Positions 17,995 to 29,798 of a DNA stretch of 64,000 nt are shown piece after piece; positions within the stretch are counted from its first letter, which is position 1, and every line of letters starts with the position of its first letter. This stretch comes from an uncultured Verrucomicrobiae bacterium (lineage in GTDB: Bacteria > Verrucomicrobiota > Verrucomicrobiia > Chthoniobacterales > UBA10450): assembly GCA_963801815.1 (NCBI GenBank), contig CAWDGJ010000007.1, forward strand, positions 207,700-271,699, written 5' to 3'. The notes under the pieces were generated by a model. That model did not search any database. It saw nothing but the letters and a program-made list of their open reading frames with translations, and was not told the DNA's origin. The translations under genes were made by a program, and so were the position numbers.

Positions 17995-20721
17995 ATGGAC
18001 GAGGCGAGCTGGATAAAAACCAAAGCAAGTGCCTCGCTCTATCCGGCGCAGGTTGAAACTACACTAATCCAATTAACCGAACGCTGGCCCGCCAGTGGCG
18101 TTTCGTTGCGAGAATTCATCGAGAATTTCCCGCTCGGTGAAGAGGCGCTGCTGCATCTCGTTGCGCTCTCAACCATCTGTGGGACGCGAATTATTCGAAC
18201 GCCGGAGCTTCTGCTTTGGCTGGCCCAGCCTGAAGTCTGCACGCGCGGCCGCAGCCGTGCCGAGATGACGGCAAAGCTCGACCAGTTAATCGATGAAAAT
18301 ATTGCGGCCAACAACTTTCGTGCGCTGCGGCGCTGGAAAGGCCAGGAGATGACGCGAATCGCGCTCCGCGAACTCGCAAACGCAGCAGCGCTCGAAGAAA
18401 CAACTGCCGAACTCTCCCAAGTCGCAGAAATTTGCATTCGCGAAGTTTTCTCTCATTGGAACTCGAATCTGCGCGAAACGTTTGGCTCGCCCGCAGCCGA
18501 GTTCACAATTCTTGCTCTCGGAAAACTCGGTGGCCGCGAGCTCAATCATAGTTCTGATGTCGATCTGATTTTTCTCTACACGGAGGAGGGCGAGGTCTCA
18601 TCGCGACTCTCGAACCATCAGTGGTTTAACCGGTTGGCCGAGAAAATTCTCGAGACATTTTCTGCGCCCGATCCTGAAGGCGCGCTTTTTCGGGTAGACC
18701 TTCGATTGCGGCCGGAAGGATCGGCCGGCCCGTTGGCCCGATCACTCGAGAGCATGGAAAATTACTACGCCGGGTTCGGGGAAACGTGGGAGCGCATCGC
18801 CCTGATCAAAGCCCGTGGTATCGCCGGCGATCGTGAACTCGCCTACGAATTCCTGCGCCAACATCAGCCGTTCATTTATCCGCGAAGCCCGACCCCAGAT
18901 TTGCTCGACGAAATCGCGAAAATCAAACGCCGCATCGAGCATGATGTCGCGGGCAACCTGGAACGCGATGTTAAACTCGGGCGAGGCGGCATTCGCGAAA
19001 TTGAATTCGTGGTGCAAACCCTTCAGTTCATCCATGGGGGTCGCCATGCTTTTCTCCAGGAAACGAACACCCTGAACGCGCTACGTTCGCTCGCGCACCT
19101 GGAGCTGATTCCGCACTCGGAAGTTATCGATCTGGACCAAGCCTACCGTTTTCTCAGACGGGTCGAGCATCGGTTGCAAATCGAAGCCGAGCAACAAACT
19201 CATACCATTCCGAAAGATGCGGCCGCGCTGGAGCGGCTTGCCCGAAGCCTGGACTTCGAATCCAGCAAGAAATTCAACACCGAGTTGGCGAGGACTATGC
19301 AGAGTGTGCGCTCGGTTTTCGATCGGGTCATAACAACGGCACCCAGCGACCTCGTCACGCCGAGTTTAACTGTTTTCAAAGACGAAAAGGCCGCCGCCAG
19401 ATCGCTGACTGATCTGTTGAAACCAACGTCCGCGTCCCATGTTGCGCTTCGAACCAAACAAGTCTTCGGAAGATTGCGCCCAAATCTTCTGCGGCAGATC
19501 GGGCAGACAGCCGATCCGGACACGACACTCAACCAGTTTGTGCGCTTCGTCGAAGCGTATGGCTTGCGCGGACTGCTTTTTGAATTGCTTGCGACAAATC
19601 CCACGCTGCTGGAACTGGTAATTGGAACACTCGATTCGAGTCGAGCCGCGGGTGATTTGCTGATTCGCAGACCACGACTGCTCGAGGAAATCACGCGCGA
19701 CAAGAGTTTTAATGAACCGCGGTCGATTTCAGAGCATTTCGCTCGACTCGAATCGTTCGGAGCGACTATAACAAATCTCGATCCAATTCGCGCTTATCGA
19801 CAGCGGCAAACGCTGCGAATCATCATGCGTGACGTTCTCAAGGTTGCGTCATCGCCGGTTGTTTTCGCCGAACTGTCGGATCTCGCCGAAGCGTGCTTGT
19901 TATTTACCAATCAACTTCTCGGCGGAGCAGACCTGACCATCGTTGCACTCGGCAAATTTGGAGGGCGGGAACTGAGTTATGGCGCAGATCTCGATTTGCT
20001 ATTCGTCGGCGAGGACATACGGCTGGCGCAGAACCTTGTTACAGCCATGACGCAACCGACCAGCGAAGGGACGATCGGCTCGCTTGACGCGAGACTTCGA
20101 CCCGACGGCGAGAAAGGACCGCTCGTTGTGCCTTTGGCCGCTTACGAATCTTATTATCGAGACCGGGCACAGCTTTGGGAGATCCAGGCGCTCACTCGGG
20201 CCCGCCCCATCAGTGGACAACTTCAAACTGATTACATCGGGATTGTTCAGAAGATCTGGCGGCAGGTCGGAAAGACAGCCGATCTTTTCGAGACAATCGA
20301 CAACATGTTGGAACGAATCCGACGTGAACGAGGCAGCGGCTCGGACTTTCTCGATTTCAAAACCGGCAGCGGAGGAACGATGGAAGCCGAATTTTTCGTT
20401 CAAGCATTGCAAATGCGCTCCGGTACTTGGGAACCAAACTGGCGTCAAGCGTTGACGCGACTCCAAGACAACGGAGTGGTTTCCCGCACTGACGCTGAGC
20501 AGGCGAAGGTAAGTTATGAATTAGTTCGGCGCTGTGAAACCGCGCTTCGTCGATTCGAAACGAAGTCTGTCTCGAGCCTGCCTGCCGACTCCGACGAGCA
20601 GCAAAAGTTGGCAATGAGGCTCGGCTACGACAATGCGGACCAGTTCGCGAACGAATATCGTCACGCCCGGGAAACTATTCATACGCTCTACGAGCAATAC
20701 GTTAAATCGCGGGTCGCCTAA
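17995..20721 (+). CDS. glnE: Bifunctional glutamine synthetase adenylyltransferase/deadenylase
   Basis: Two nucleotidyltransferase domains: GKLGGRELNHSSDVDL...DLRLRPEG and GKFGGRELSYGADLDL...DARLRPDG. Confidence 0.95.
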   Translation: MDEASWIKTKASASLYPAQVETTLIQLTERWPASGVSLREFIENFPLGEEALLHLVALSTICGTRIIRTPELLLWLAQPEVCTRGRSRAEMTAKLDQLIDENIAANNFRALRRWKGQEMTRIALRELANAAALEETTAELSQVAEICIREVFSHWNSNLRETFGSPAAEFTILALGKLGGRELNHSSDVDLIFLYTEEGEVSSRLSNHQWFNRLAEKILETFSAPDPEGALFRVDLRLRPEGSAGPLARSLESMENYYAGFGETWERIALIKARGIAGDRELAYEFLRQHQPFIYPRSPTPDLLDEIAKIKRRIEHDVAGNLERDVKLGRGGIREIEFVVQTLQFIHGGRHAFLQETNTLNALRSLAHLELIPHSEVIDLDQAYRFLRRVEHRLQIEAEQQTHTIPKDAAALERLARSLDFESSKKFNTELARTMQSVRSVFDRVITTAPSDLVTPSLTVFKDEKAAARSLTDLLKPTSASHVALRTKQVFGRLRPNLLRQIGQTADPDTTLNQFVRFVEAYGLRGLLFELLATNPTLLELVIGTLDSSRAAGDLLIRRPRLLEEITRDKSFNEPRSISEHFARLESFGATITNLDPIRAYRQRQTLRIIMRDVLKVASSPVVFAELSDLAEACLLFTNQLLGGADLTIVALGKFGGRELSYGADLDLLFVGEDIRLAQNLVTAMTQPTSEGTIGSLDARLRPDGEKGPLVVPLAAYESYYRDRAQLWEIQALTRARPISGQLQTDYIGIVQKIWRQVGKTADLFETIDNMLERIRRERGSGSDFLDFKTGSGGTMEAEFFVQALQMRSGTWEPNWRQALTRLQDNGVVSRTDAEQAKVSYELVRRCETALRRFETKSVSSLPADSDEQQKLAMRLGYDNADQFANEYRHARETIHTLYEQYVKSRVA

Positions 20722-21242
20722 CCCCCGGCGATCAGTTTCGCGAGCTCGTGCAAGAACAGAAACGTCCCGAGAATTCCACCAAGAATCGCCAGAATCACCA
20801 GTGCGAGGATCACGCTGACGAAAATCTTGTCACCTTTCGTGGAGCGACCCGGAGTGTCGATATGTCCACGGATTAATTGGTAATTGCGGGTATTGGCCTG
20901 AAACCAAAACGCAAATCCGGAACCGATGATCGGGATCAGACCGACCAGCTCGTTGATCAGGACGTTGAGCGCCATGCGGCCGAGAACAATCTTCGGGACC
21001 TTTCGCCTAATGCCATAAACAATTACGGAGACCGACACCAACGCGACGGCGATATCACCAAAGCCCGGGACAAGATCGACGATCGGGTTCAAGCCGAGGC
21101 GCTTCTTCAATCCGGGGATCCGGATCAACCGGTCCATCACCAGGGAAACCAGGTTAAAGACCGATTCTATCGAATTGCGTGGCTTTCGGTCTTCTGGTGG
21201 AAGGACTTCCCACTCGACCTCGCGTGCTCGTTGAGGATTCAC
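20718..21242 (-). CDS. DUF4112-like membrane protein
   Basis: MDRLIRIPG..RLGLNPIVDLVPGFGD...N. Confidence 0.7.
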   Translation of the reverse strand: MNPQRAREVEWEVLPPEDRKPRNSIESVFNLVSLVMDRLIRIPGLKKRLGLNPIVDLVPGFGDIAVALVSVSVIVYGIRRKVPKIVLGRMALNVLINELVGLIPIIGSGFAFWFQANTRNYQLIRGHIDTPGRSTKGDKIFVSVILALVILAILGGILGTFLFLHELAKLIAGG

Positions 21243-21261
21243 GGCAGCTGTGCCGTTCGGA

Positions 21262-22611
21262 TTAACCGGGGATCTCTTTCAGCATCTGCGTGTTGGTCGG
21301 GAATTTCTTCACGAACATCAGCAAACGTTGAATGGCTTCTTCCGGCTTGTGTCCGGCAAGTCCGCGACGGATCAAGTTAATCTTCTCCAGCTCCCACGCC
21401 TGCAAAAGTAATTCCTCTCGACGGGTGCCGGACAGAAAAATGTCGATCGCAGGGTAAATGCGTTGATCGCTGATTTTGCGGTCGAGCACCATTTCCATGT
21501 TACCGGTGCCTTTGAATTCCTGGAAGATCAGCTCGTCCATGCGACTGCCGGTTTCGATTAAAGCCGTTGCGACAATCGTTAGCGAGCCAGCTTCTTCAGT
21601 ATTGCGCGCGGCCGCGAAAATTTTCCGTGGAATTTCCATCGCGCGTGCGTCGATACCGCCGCTCATGGTCCGTCCTCCGCCTGACATCGCATTGTTGAAC
21701 GCGCGAGCAGTTCGCGTGATCGAGTCGAGCAAAATGAAAACATTCTGGCCGGCTTCGACTAAACGCTTGGCGCGCTCGATCGCGAGCTGGGCGATGCGAG
21801 TGTGGCTCTTGATGTCACTGTCGTTCGAGCTGGCGATGATCTCCGCTTTCGGATGGGAACGTTTAAAATCGGTGACTTCCTCCGGTCGCTCGTCAACCAG
21901 AAGGATAATCAGCTTCATGTCGGTATGATTTTTCGTGACTGCGTCAGCGATGTGATGAAGCAGCGTCGTTTTGCCAGTGCGCGGCGGCGCAACAATCAAA
22001 CCGCGCTGGCCCATTCCGAGCGGCGTCATTAAATCCATGATTCGCGTGGTGTAACGATCCGGAACCGTTTCGAGCTTGATGCGCTTGTTTGGATTGATCG
22101 TGGTCAATTCCTCGAATGGACGCAGGCCCTGATACTTGGCCGGATCTTCGCCATTGATGGTGAGGAGCTTAATTAACTGCGGGCCGCGGTTTCCACGGCG
22201 GGTTTCGCCATAAATCCACATTCCGTCGCGAAGGGCGAAGCGGCGCACGATTTCCGGCGTCACGAAAATGTCCTGCGGGGTCTGGATGAAATTACGTTTG
22301 GGGTCGCGGAGAAAACCAAAACCCTTGCCGGAAATCTCAATGATCCCCTCGCCGAATTCTGGCTCGCGTTCGACCTGCTCGCCTTCGGGCGCGCCTTCCA
22401 GGGTTTCAGTGGCGACTGGGTCGCCGGTGGCTCCGCCCGGCGCGTCGTTACGCGATTCGTTATAAGGCTCGTTGAAGTTGTCGTTGCGATCGCCGCGGTT
22501 GTAATAACGCCGGCGCCCGTAACGGCGGCGCCCACGAGGACGACGCTGCTCAGGCTGAGCGGCTGTCGATCCGGTTTCCAGCGGCGGCTGGTTTTCGTTC
22601 TCTTCGTTCAT
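21262..22611 (-). CDS. rho: Transcription termination factor Rho
   Basis: GFGFLR, GQRGLIVAPPRTGKT, DERPEEVTD, EFKGTGNME, SGTRREELL. Confidence 0.97.
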   Translation of the reverse strand: MNEENENQPPLETGSTAAQPEQRRPRGRRRYGRRRYYNRGDRNDNFNEPYNESRNDAPGGATGDPVATETLEGAPEGEQVEREPEFGEGIIEISGKGFGFLRDPKRNFIQTPQDIFVTPEIVRRFALRDGMWIYGETRRGNRGPQLIKLLTINGEDPAKYQGLRPFEELTTINPNKRIKLETVPDRYTTRIMDLMTPLGMGQRGLIVAPPRTGKTTLLHHIADAVTKNHTDMKLIILLVDERPEEVTDFKRSHPKAEIIASSNDSDIKSHTRIAQLAIERAKRLVEAGQNVFILLDSITRTARAFNNAMSGGGRTMSGGIDARAMEIPRKIFAAARNTEEAGSLTIVATALIETGSRMDELIFQEFKGTGNMEMVLDRKISDQRIYPAIDIFLSGTRREELLLQAWELEKINLIRRGLAGHKPEEAIQRLLMFVKKFPTNTQMLKEIPG

Positions 22612-22679
22612 AAAATTGCGGAGGCTGATTGTTCGCCACGGCGAACGCACTGCCAGATTCAGCGGAGGAAATTACTTTT

Positions 22680-23435
22680 TCAGGCTGGCAACTTGGCCAG
22701 CATTTCGTCGGGAATATCTAGATTTGAGTAGACGTTCTGCACGTCATCGTCGTCTTCGAGGGCGTCACACAAACGGAGCACCTGTCGGGCCACGTCCTCA
22801 TTGGCCACCGGGACGGTGCTGTCAGGGATGAAGGTAAACTTTTGCCCATCAGTCGTAACATTCGCTCTCTTGAGCGCGTCGGCTACAGCGTAGAGCCGAT
22901 CGTGCGAAGTAGTTATAAGATACTGATCCTCCTCAGTTGTCAACTCTTCAGCGCCAGCCTCCAAAATGAGCTCGAGAAGCCGGTTTTCATCGATCGAACT
23001 GCACGGAACCATGATCTGCCCCTTCTTGTGAAACATGTATGAAACACTGCCAGCCGAACCAAGGTTGCCATTATTCTTGGTGAAAATACTGCGCACCTCG
23101 GCGGCAGTCCGGTTCTTATTATCAGTGGCCGCTTCCACAATAATGGCGACTCCCCCCGGACCGTACCCTTCGTAGATAATTTCTTCATAACTCGCAGCGT
23201 CGACGCCCTCGCCCGTGCCGCGCTTGATCGCACGCTCGATGTTGTCGTTCGGCATACTTTGGGCGCGAGCAGCCTGGATCGCACTTCGCAGGCGTGGGTT
23301 TCCATTCGGATCGCCCCCGCCGGTTTTCGCGGCGATGCTGATCTCTTTCGAGAGTTTGCTAAAGATTTGACCGCGTTTCGCGTCGATGGCGCCTTTGAAG
23401 CGTTTGACCTTTGACCACTTGCTATGTCCCGCCAT
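22680..23435 (-). CDS. yebC: YebC/PmpR family protein
   Basis: MAGHSKW, YEGYGPGG, TDNKNRT, DDVQNVY. Confidence 0.95.
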   Translation of the reverse strand: MAGHSKWSKVKRFKGAIDAKRGQIFSKLSKEISIAAKTGGGDPNGNPRLRSAIQAARAQSMPNDNIERAIKRGTGEGVDAASYEEIIYEGYGPGGVAIIVEAATDNKNRTAAEVRSIFTKNNGNLGSAGSVSYMFHKKGQIMVPCSSIDENRLLELILEAGAEELTTEEDQYLITTSHDRLYAVADALKRANVTTDGQKFTFIPDSTVPVANEDVARQVLRLCDALEDDDDVQNVYSNLDIPDEMLAKLPA

Positions 23436-23555
23436 ATCGGGTTTTCCAGAGTAAAAGTTGCCTACTGAGTAAGATTCCGAGAGCACGCCGCGAACGCGGA
23501 CGTGGAGAAATTACCAAGCGGTATTGAAGCCACGCCGGGCGCTTTGTCAATCCAA

Positions 23556-25367
23556 CTAAGCGGCCCGATTAGCGGCCCGCTTGCGGGCAGTGGCGTCCAG
23601 AATCTGCTTACGCAACCGCAGCGATTTCGGGGTCGCCTCGAGGTATTCGTCTACGTCGATATACTCCAAGGCGCGCTCCACGCTCATGCGCAATGCCGCT
23701 TCCAATTGAATGCCTTTGCCCTCGCCCTGGCTGCGCATGTTAGTGAGATGTTTGGCTTTACAGGGATTGACCGGCAAATCGTCCGGACGGGCGTTTTCCC
23801 CAACGATCATGCCTTCGTAAATGTTTTCCTGGGGGCCAACAAACAACCGGCCGCGCTCCTGAATGCTGTTAAGCGCGTAAGCCGTGCTGATGCCCGATTC
23901 CATCGAAACGAGAACGCCGCGGCCGCGGTTCGCGATTTCGCCCTTGAATGGGGCATACTCCCGAAACAAATGGCTCATCAGACCCTCACCGCGGGTGAGA
24001 TTAATCAAGTCGGTCTCAAGGCCAATCAGTCCGCGCGTCGGAATGATTGCCTCAACCGAAACGCGCGCACCGTGATGATGAACCGCGACAACGTCGCCTT
24101 TGCGATTGGCCAGCGATTGCAAAATGTCGCCCAGCCCGTCCTTTGGTAGATCGACATAGAGATCTTCGATTGGCTCAAGCACATTGCCCAGATCGTCGCG
24201 GTGAAAAATGACTTCCGGCCGCGAAACCATCAGTTCGAAGTCCTCGCGCCGCATTTGCTCGATCAGAATGGCAATCTGCATTTCGCCGCGCGCGTGAATC
24301 TCAAAGGCGCCGGCAGTGTCGGTATCGTTCATCTGCAACGACACGTTTGTGCGCGTCTCGCGAACCAGCCGATCTTTGAGATGCCGCGCCGTGACAAACT
24401 TTCCTTCGCGACCGGCAAACGGTGAATCGTTTACCAAAATACGCATCCGAATGGTCGGCGGATCGATGTCGACGAACGCCAACGGTTTGCGTTCTTCCGA
24501 ATCGGTCAGCGTTTCACCGATCCGAATTTCCTCGAAACCGGTCAATCCAATAATGTCGCCGGCTGCCGCTTCCTTGATCTGAATTTGTTCGAGGCCGGAA
24601 TAGGTGAAGAGCGCGGTCACGGTGGCGCGTTCCGGCTGCCCATCACGATGCAAGCAAACGATGGAATCGCCGATGCTAACTTTCCCGCTCACGATTCTTC
24701 CCAACGCGATGCGTCCCAGGTAATCGCTGTAGTCGAGGTTCGAAACGAGCATCTGGAAAAAGGGGTCGTTCGAGATCTGCGGTGCCGGAACTGATTGGAC
24801 AATCGTTTCGAAAAGCGGCGTCATATCAGTGCTGTTTTCAGTCAGGTTCCGTTTTGCAAAACCTTCCTTGGCGCTCGCGTAAACAATTGGAAAGTCGAGC
24901 TGTTCGTTGGTGGCTTTCAGTTCGACGAAAAGATCGAAGACGAGATCGAGAACCTCATGCGGACGAGCGTGCTCGCGGTCGATCTTGTTGATGACCACGA
25001 TTGGCTTGAGATGATTTTCGAACGCTTTGCGCAAAACGAAACGGGTTTGCGCCTGCGGGCCGTCGTGCGCATCAACGACGAGCAAAACGCCGTCGACCAT
25101 TTTCATGATCCGCTCAACTTCGCCGCCGAAATCGGCATGTCCCGGCGTGTCGACAATGTTGATGCGATACCCATTCCACTGAAATGCGGCATTCTTGGCG
25201 CGAATCGTAATCCCCTTTTCACGTTCAAGGTCCATAGAGTCCATCATCCGCTCTTCGACTTTTTGATTTGCGCGAAACGTTCCGGATTGACGCAACAGTT
25301 GATCTACCAGGGTCGTCTTGCCGTGGTCGACGTGCGCAATGATGGCGATGTTACGGATCTTTTCCAT
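23556..25367 (-). CDS. typA: Translational GTPase TypA/BipA
   Basis: [15 protein letters not shown]-like motif, [22 protein letters not shown]. Confidence 0.97.
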   Translation of the reverse strand: MEKIRNIAIIAHVDHGKTTLVDQLLRQSGTFRANQKVEERMMDSMDLEREKGITIRAKNAAFQWNGYRINIVDTPGHADFGGEVERIMKMVDGVLLVVDAHDGPQAQTRFVLRKAFENHLKPIVVINKIDREHARPHEVLDLVFDLFVELKATNEQLDFPIVYASAKEGFAKRNLTENSTDMTPLFETIVQSVPAPQISNDPFFQMLVSNLDYSDYLGRIALGRIVSGKVSIGDSIVCLHRDGQPERATVTALFTYSGLEQIQIKEAAAGDIIGLTGFEEIRIGETLTDSEERKPLAFVDIDPPTIRMRILVNDSPFAGREGKFVTARHLKDRLVRETRTNVSLQMNDTDTAGAFEIHARGEMQIAILIEQMRREDFELMVSRPEVIFHRDDLGNVLEPIEDLYVDLPKDGLGDILQSLANRKGDVVAVHHHGARVSVEAIIPTRGLIGLETDLINLTRGEGLMSHLFREYAPFKGEIANRGRGVLVSMESGISTAYALNSIQERGRLFVGPQENIYEGMIVGENARPDDLPVNPCKAKHLTNMRSQGEGKGIQLEAALRMSVERALEYIDVDEYLEATPKSLRLRKQILDATARKRAANRAA

Positions 25368-25492
25368 GGGCCGGGCTCTCGGGGGCGTAGAGAAGCGCGC
25401 AATATGCCGCCGCCCGGGGAAAAATCAACTTGATCTGGCTGCCGGTCCCCAGACGGGCTTTTTGGGGCTGCAGGCAGAACACGAGAGGGGCC

Positions 25493-25528
25493 CAAAACAA
25501 ACCGGGCCAGCATTTCTGCTGGCCCGGT
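25493..25528 (-). terminator. Rho-independent terminator after the S8 peptidase gene
   Basis: Perfect 12-bp stem ACCGGGCCAGCA-tttc-TGCTGGCCCGGT followed by TTGTTTTG on the minus strand. Confidence 0.8.
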
Positions 25529-25553
25529 CGTTGAATACCGAATGTGAGCGCCG

Positions 25554-28500
25554 TTACGGCGTCACGGTGAACGACGTTGGGCTGGTGGAGGTGCCGGCGG
25601 CGTTCGAGACCGATATCGGTCCCGTAGTTGCACCCGCAGGCACGGTCGCGGTCAGTTTAGTCGAACTAATCACGTTGACCGAAGTCGAAGGCGTACCATT
25701 GAAGGCGACCGTGATGCCCGCGGCAAAGTTCACTCCCTGAACCGTGACCACAGAGCCAACCCGACCATGGTTCGGGCTGAAACCCTTGATGATGGGCGCC
25801 AAAAAGCCGATAACGTCGCTGCGCTTGGTGTCGCCATTATGCATGTGCAGCAGCCAAACACCGAGTGAGAAGTTGTTTTGGAAGTTTGTACCGTTGTAAT
25901 TCACCGGGATCGAATTGGTCGTCAGATCCTGATACAGGAACGGCTCGAAGAAAGTGGCGGTCGACGGGATCTTGCTGACTCCAGCCGCACCACCGCTGTT
26001 ATCCACTTCCAGACCTGGATTAGCTAAGTCGTATAAGAAAACACCTTCCCCGTCCACTTGGTTGCCGTTCCGATCGAACGTAAAGACCGCATACATGAAT
26101 TTGGTATTACCAGTTCCAGCCGCGCTAAGCAGGCCAATGTCGGTCGCCCGAATCGGGAAGATAACCCCGCTATTGTTATAGGCGTTGGTATCCGCAGTGG
26201 CCGCGGTGAGACCGTTGGTGAAGAAGCGCAATGCCCCGGTGAAGGAAGTCAGGTTGACAATCTCCGGGACGAAAACGTTCTCCAAGCCCGTTCCATCGCT
26301 TGTCAGGAAGACGGCGAAGTTCGGATTGAACGTTACGCCAAAGTCCGCCGGGTTCGTATCGAAATCGATTTCGGTATCGGAACTCGCGTAATCAGGTGTG
26401 GCTGCGTCGCCAAATTTCTCCACACCAAACATGATGTTGGTGCCGGCCGTTTGCGTCGACGTGCTAGCGCCAACGGCGCGGTTCTTATAATCGCTGGTGA
26501 CACCGGCATACTTGATAATGTTGCGGTCGGTTGGCGGATGGGCCGTGCCCACAAACGAACTCTGGTATTGCAACTCAAACGCCTTCACCAAGCTCAGGAT
26601 GTCGAAGCCGTTTCCGAGGCTGGCGCCGGTATTCACCGGGCTGCCGGAGAGGGCGATTGAGAATGATCCTGTGTTAGCACTACCAGGAATAAAACCAGTG
26701 CTGGTCGCGTGCATGCTCGATGCCGGCTTAACCGCGGCGTAGAGCGGAACACGGATTGGCTGCTCAGGTCCGGACGTCGGCGTGAACACAGCATAACCGC
26801 CTTTCTCGGTCATCCATTGCCGCGGGAGACCGCCCTGAGTCGAAGCGACGCTGGCGTCGCGAACGTGTTTCAGTGCGCTTCCCGTAGCCGTGAAGTGGAC
26901 CGGAATCGATATTTGCTGGCCCTTACCCAGGGTGAACGAACTCGTCGGGAACGAGAAGGTCGCATCGTTGACCGGAGTGACGTCTTGATAAGTCACGTTG
27001 TAGCTGACTGGATTTTTGCCCTTGTTTCTGACGATGATGTTTTGGGTCAGACTGGTCGAACCCGAGACCGGCGTTTCAACGACGCCGAACGAGACGCCGA
27101 CCAAACCGGGCTGCGAGGCGGGATGGCCCCCGAACGCAATCACGTTGGCCGCCGCCGCTTTGCCGACGTCAATACGGCCCGCACCGACTCGACCAATTCC
27201 GAACTGAGTCGTGTGACTATTGTCAGTGAAGAGGTCATGCGTGGCGGTGTCCATCGCCAAGGCCCGCAACTCTTCCTGGGTCCAGCTGGGATGCAGCTGT
27301 TTGAGTAAGGCCATCATTCCCGCGACGTGCGGTGTGGCCGATGAAGTCCCGTTGAAGTTCTCCACGCCGTTACCGCTGAACGGTCCAGGGGGTTGTTCAG
27401 CGGCGCTCTGCGCTACCGCCGTCACTTCCGCTGGAGCCGAAATATCAGGCTTGATTGTGCTGTCGCCCAGCCGTGGTCCGCGTGAACTGTAGGTCGGCAT
27501 CGTGTCAGGAGCCGCGCCACCGTGAGTAACAGCGCCGCTATCGTTATTGATAGTGACATTGACCGGGTTTGTCGGCACACCTGTAGTGGATCAAAGCCTC
27601 CGGCGGCCGTGTTGATGGTGTCGCGATCGGTCCGTGAAATCATCACATCGGCACCGGCAGGCTGGCCCGCCGTACTCATGACGATCGGATCAGCGCCGGG
27701 ATTGTTAAAGTTGTCGACGATAACCGCAGTCGCGCCAGCATTGAGAGCGTCTTGGACTTTGCTCGTAAACGAGAATGTTCCGCGATCAATCAAGCAAATG
27801 TTGCCGCTAACTTGAGCGGCATTGCTCAACCCGGCACCATTATTCCCAATGTTTGGCACCGCATAAACGACGTTGCCCGTGATGCCACCTCCGGGAATGG
27901 GAGAACTGGCACTACCCTTGATCGAGAAAAACTTTGACGCCGGCGATGGCAGCAGGCGCGTTGCCCGTCACGTTCGAGTCGAAAATGAAGCCGGCTTGGT
28001 CGTTGAAAGTTGCGGCAATGCCGAACGTTCCACCGCCTGCTGCAGGGCTGCTGTGAATGTAATATGAATCCCCGGCATTTCCGGCAGCAGAACAAACGAT
28101 GATACCAGCCGCAGCAGCGTTTGAGGCGGCAACGGAATCCGGATCATCTGCGAAACCTTCGTTTGCGCCGAGCGACATATTGATCACGTCCATACCATTT
28201 GACATCGCCCATTCGATGGCTTGGGTCACGAGGTTCGTCGAGCCGGCGCAGCCGAACACGCGAACGGGATAAATTTGCGCTGCCGGAGCAAAACCTGGCG
28301 GAATTTTCAACGTGCTCATGTCGGGGTTGGCCGCGTCATAGGTGCCGGCATAAGTGAAACCGGCATTGGTAACGCCCAAGCCGCCGATCAAGCTGGCCGT
28401 GCCCGTTCCGTGACCACCGCAATCAAGGGGATTGTTGTCCGGCGCAGGAAAGGGGTTTGTGTCGGCATTGTAGGCATCACCCGCCAGATCGGTGCCGCCC

Positions 28501-29237
28501 GGAATCTTCGACAGTGGGGAAGTCCGCATTCGGCACTGCACTCGTGTCGCTTATGCTTCGCATAATCGGCGGCAGAACCTGATCCACCAAAATTTGTATG
28601 GATATAATCGAGGCCGGTGTCGATGTCTGCGACCTTGATGCCTTCACCATGAGTTCCAGTGACCCCGGTCGTCCAGGCCGGACGCGTGTTTAAGAAATCA
28701 ATGTCCGAGAAAGTCGAAACCAGATACTTCGGATTCATCGGGTGGACCGCCTTAACACCAGGCAATCGCAGCGATGGCCGCGATTTTGTCTGGGCTAACT
28801 ACCATGGCAATGCCGTTGTATGCGCGTTGCGCACGGAAAATAACCTTGCCGCCGATACTCCCAGCTAACGTTGGGAGCATTGCCCGTTGTTTTTGGTCCA
28901 ACTGTTGCACTGCGCTCTTGATCTGAGCCGCGGCCGTTGAGTCGATTTGAACCCGCTGAGGATTATTGAGTAACGCGATGGAACTTGCCAAGGTCGGATG
29001 GGCAAGGGCGTAATCTCGAGCTGCATCGGCCTTTGCCTGCGCCGCCGCTAAAGCTGCGGCTTGAATACTGGCGGCAGGCGCGTCGGTCATTTCGACCATG
29101 ACCTGAACCGTCTTTTGCATGCTTGGTGGCCTAGCACCGGTTGCAGCGTTCGACACTTCGTCCTGCGCGCCCACTGGCGATGCCAGCGCGAGTGCGAGGA
29201 GAACCGGACTAAATCGGAGACTGAGTTTGTTAAACAT
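25554..29237 (-). CDS. Large secreted S8 (subtilisin, Vpr-like) protease with propeptide, PA domain and C-terminal IPT/TIG domain (about 4 frameshifts)
   Basis: Signal peptide MFNKLSLRFSPVLLALALASPVGA. Triad DIDTG, GHGTGTA, NGTSSA spread over five ORF fragments. PA motif LIDRGTFSFTSK; IPT motif FSP..G..VTVQG.NF. Confidence 0.88.
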
Positions 29238-29522
29238 AATTAAGTGGGTTGAGAGTGAGGCACGAGACTGCAGGACTTGGCTGCCAGAGGTCAAGAATAT
29301 TTTTAACTTTTTTCGCAAAAATGTCAGAAGTTATTCACAATTTTGCAATAGCTCGAAGGACGCACTTTTGGACTCAATCCAAAGGGTCAGGGCAGGCGGA
29401 TGTCGATCCTACAGCGCCGATTCTCATCGGCGCGGCCGGACCCACTTCCAAGGTCTCAGACTAAAAAACGCCGCGGGCGTGAAAACACGCTCAGGAGCGC
29501 TGACAAGCTACCAATCTCTCTG

Positions 29523-29726
29523 TTAACAGGGCCGGTAATGGCCGTGGATCCAATGATGATAGCGGTTCCAATGGCCCGGAACCCAGCACCAGTAAGCTCC
29601 ATTGTTCCACCAGCGCGCGCCATGGACGTAGTATGGCCGATCCCCGACTTCGATATTGAGCGAAAGTGCATTCGCGACTCCGCTCAGACCGACTATTGCT
29701 GCGAAAACCAACGCAAGTTTCTTCAT
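29523..29726 (-). CDS. Small secreted protein with YXWGXW-like Trp/His/Gly-rich motifs
   Basis: Signal peptide, then WCWVPGHW...WIHGHY. Confidence 0.7.
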   Translation of the reverse strand: MKKLALVFAAIVGLSGVANALSLNIEVGDRPYYVHGARWWNNGAYWCWVPGHWNRYHHWIHGHYRPC

Positions 29727-29798
29727 AGTTATTTTCTTCCTGCCAGTTTGGACGAATCCGAGCCTGCTCTATTTAATGTTTATTTCGCAAGCGAAATT

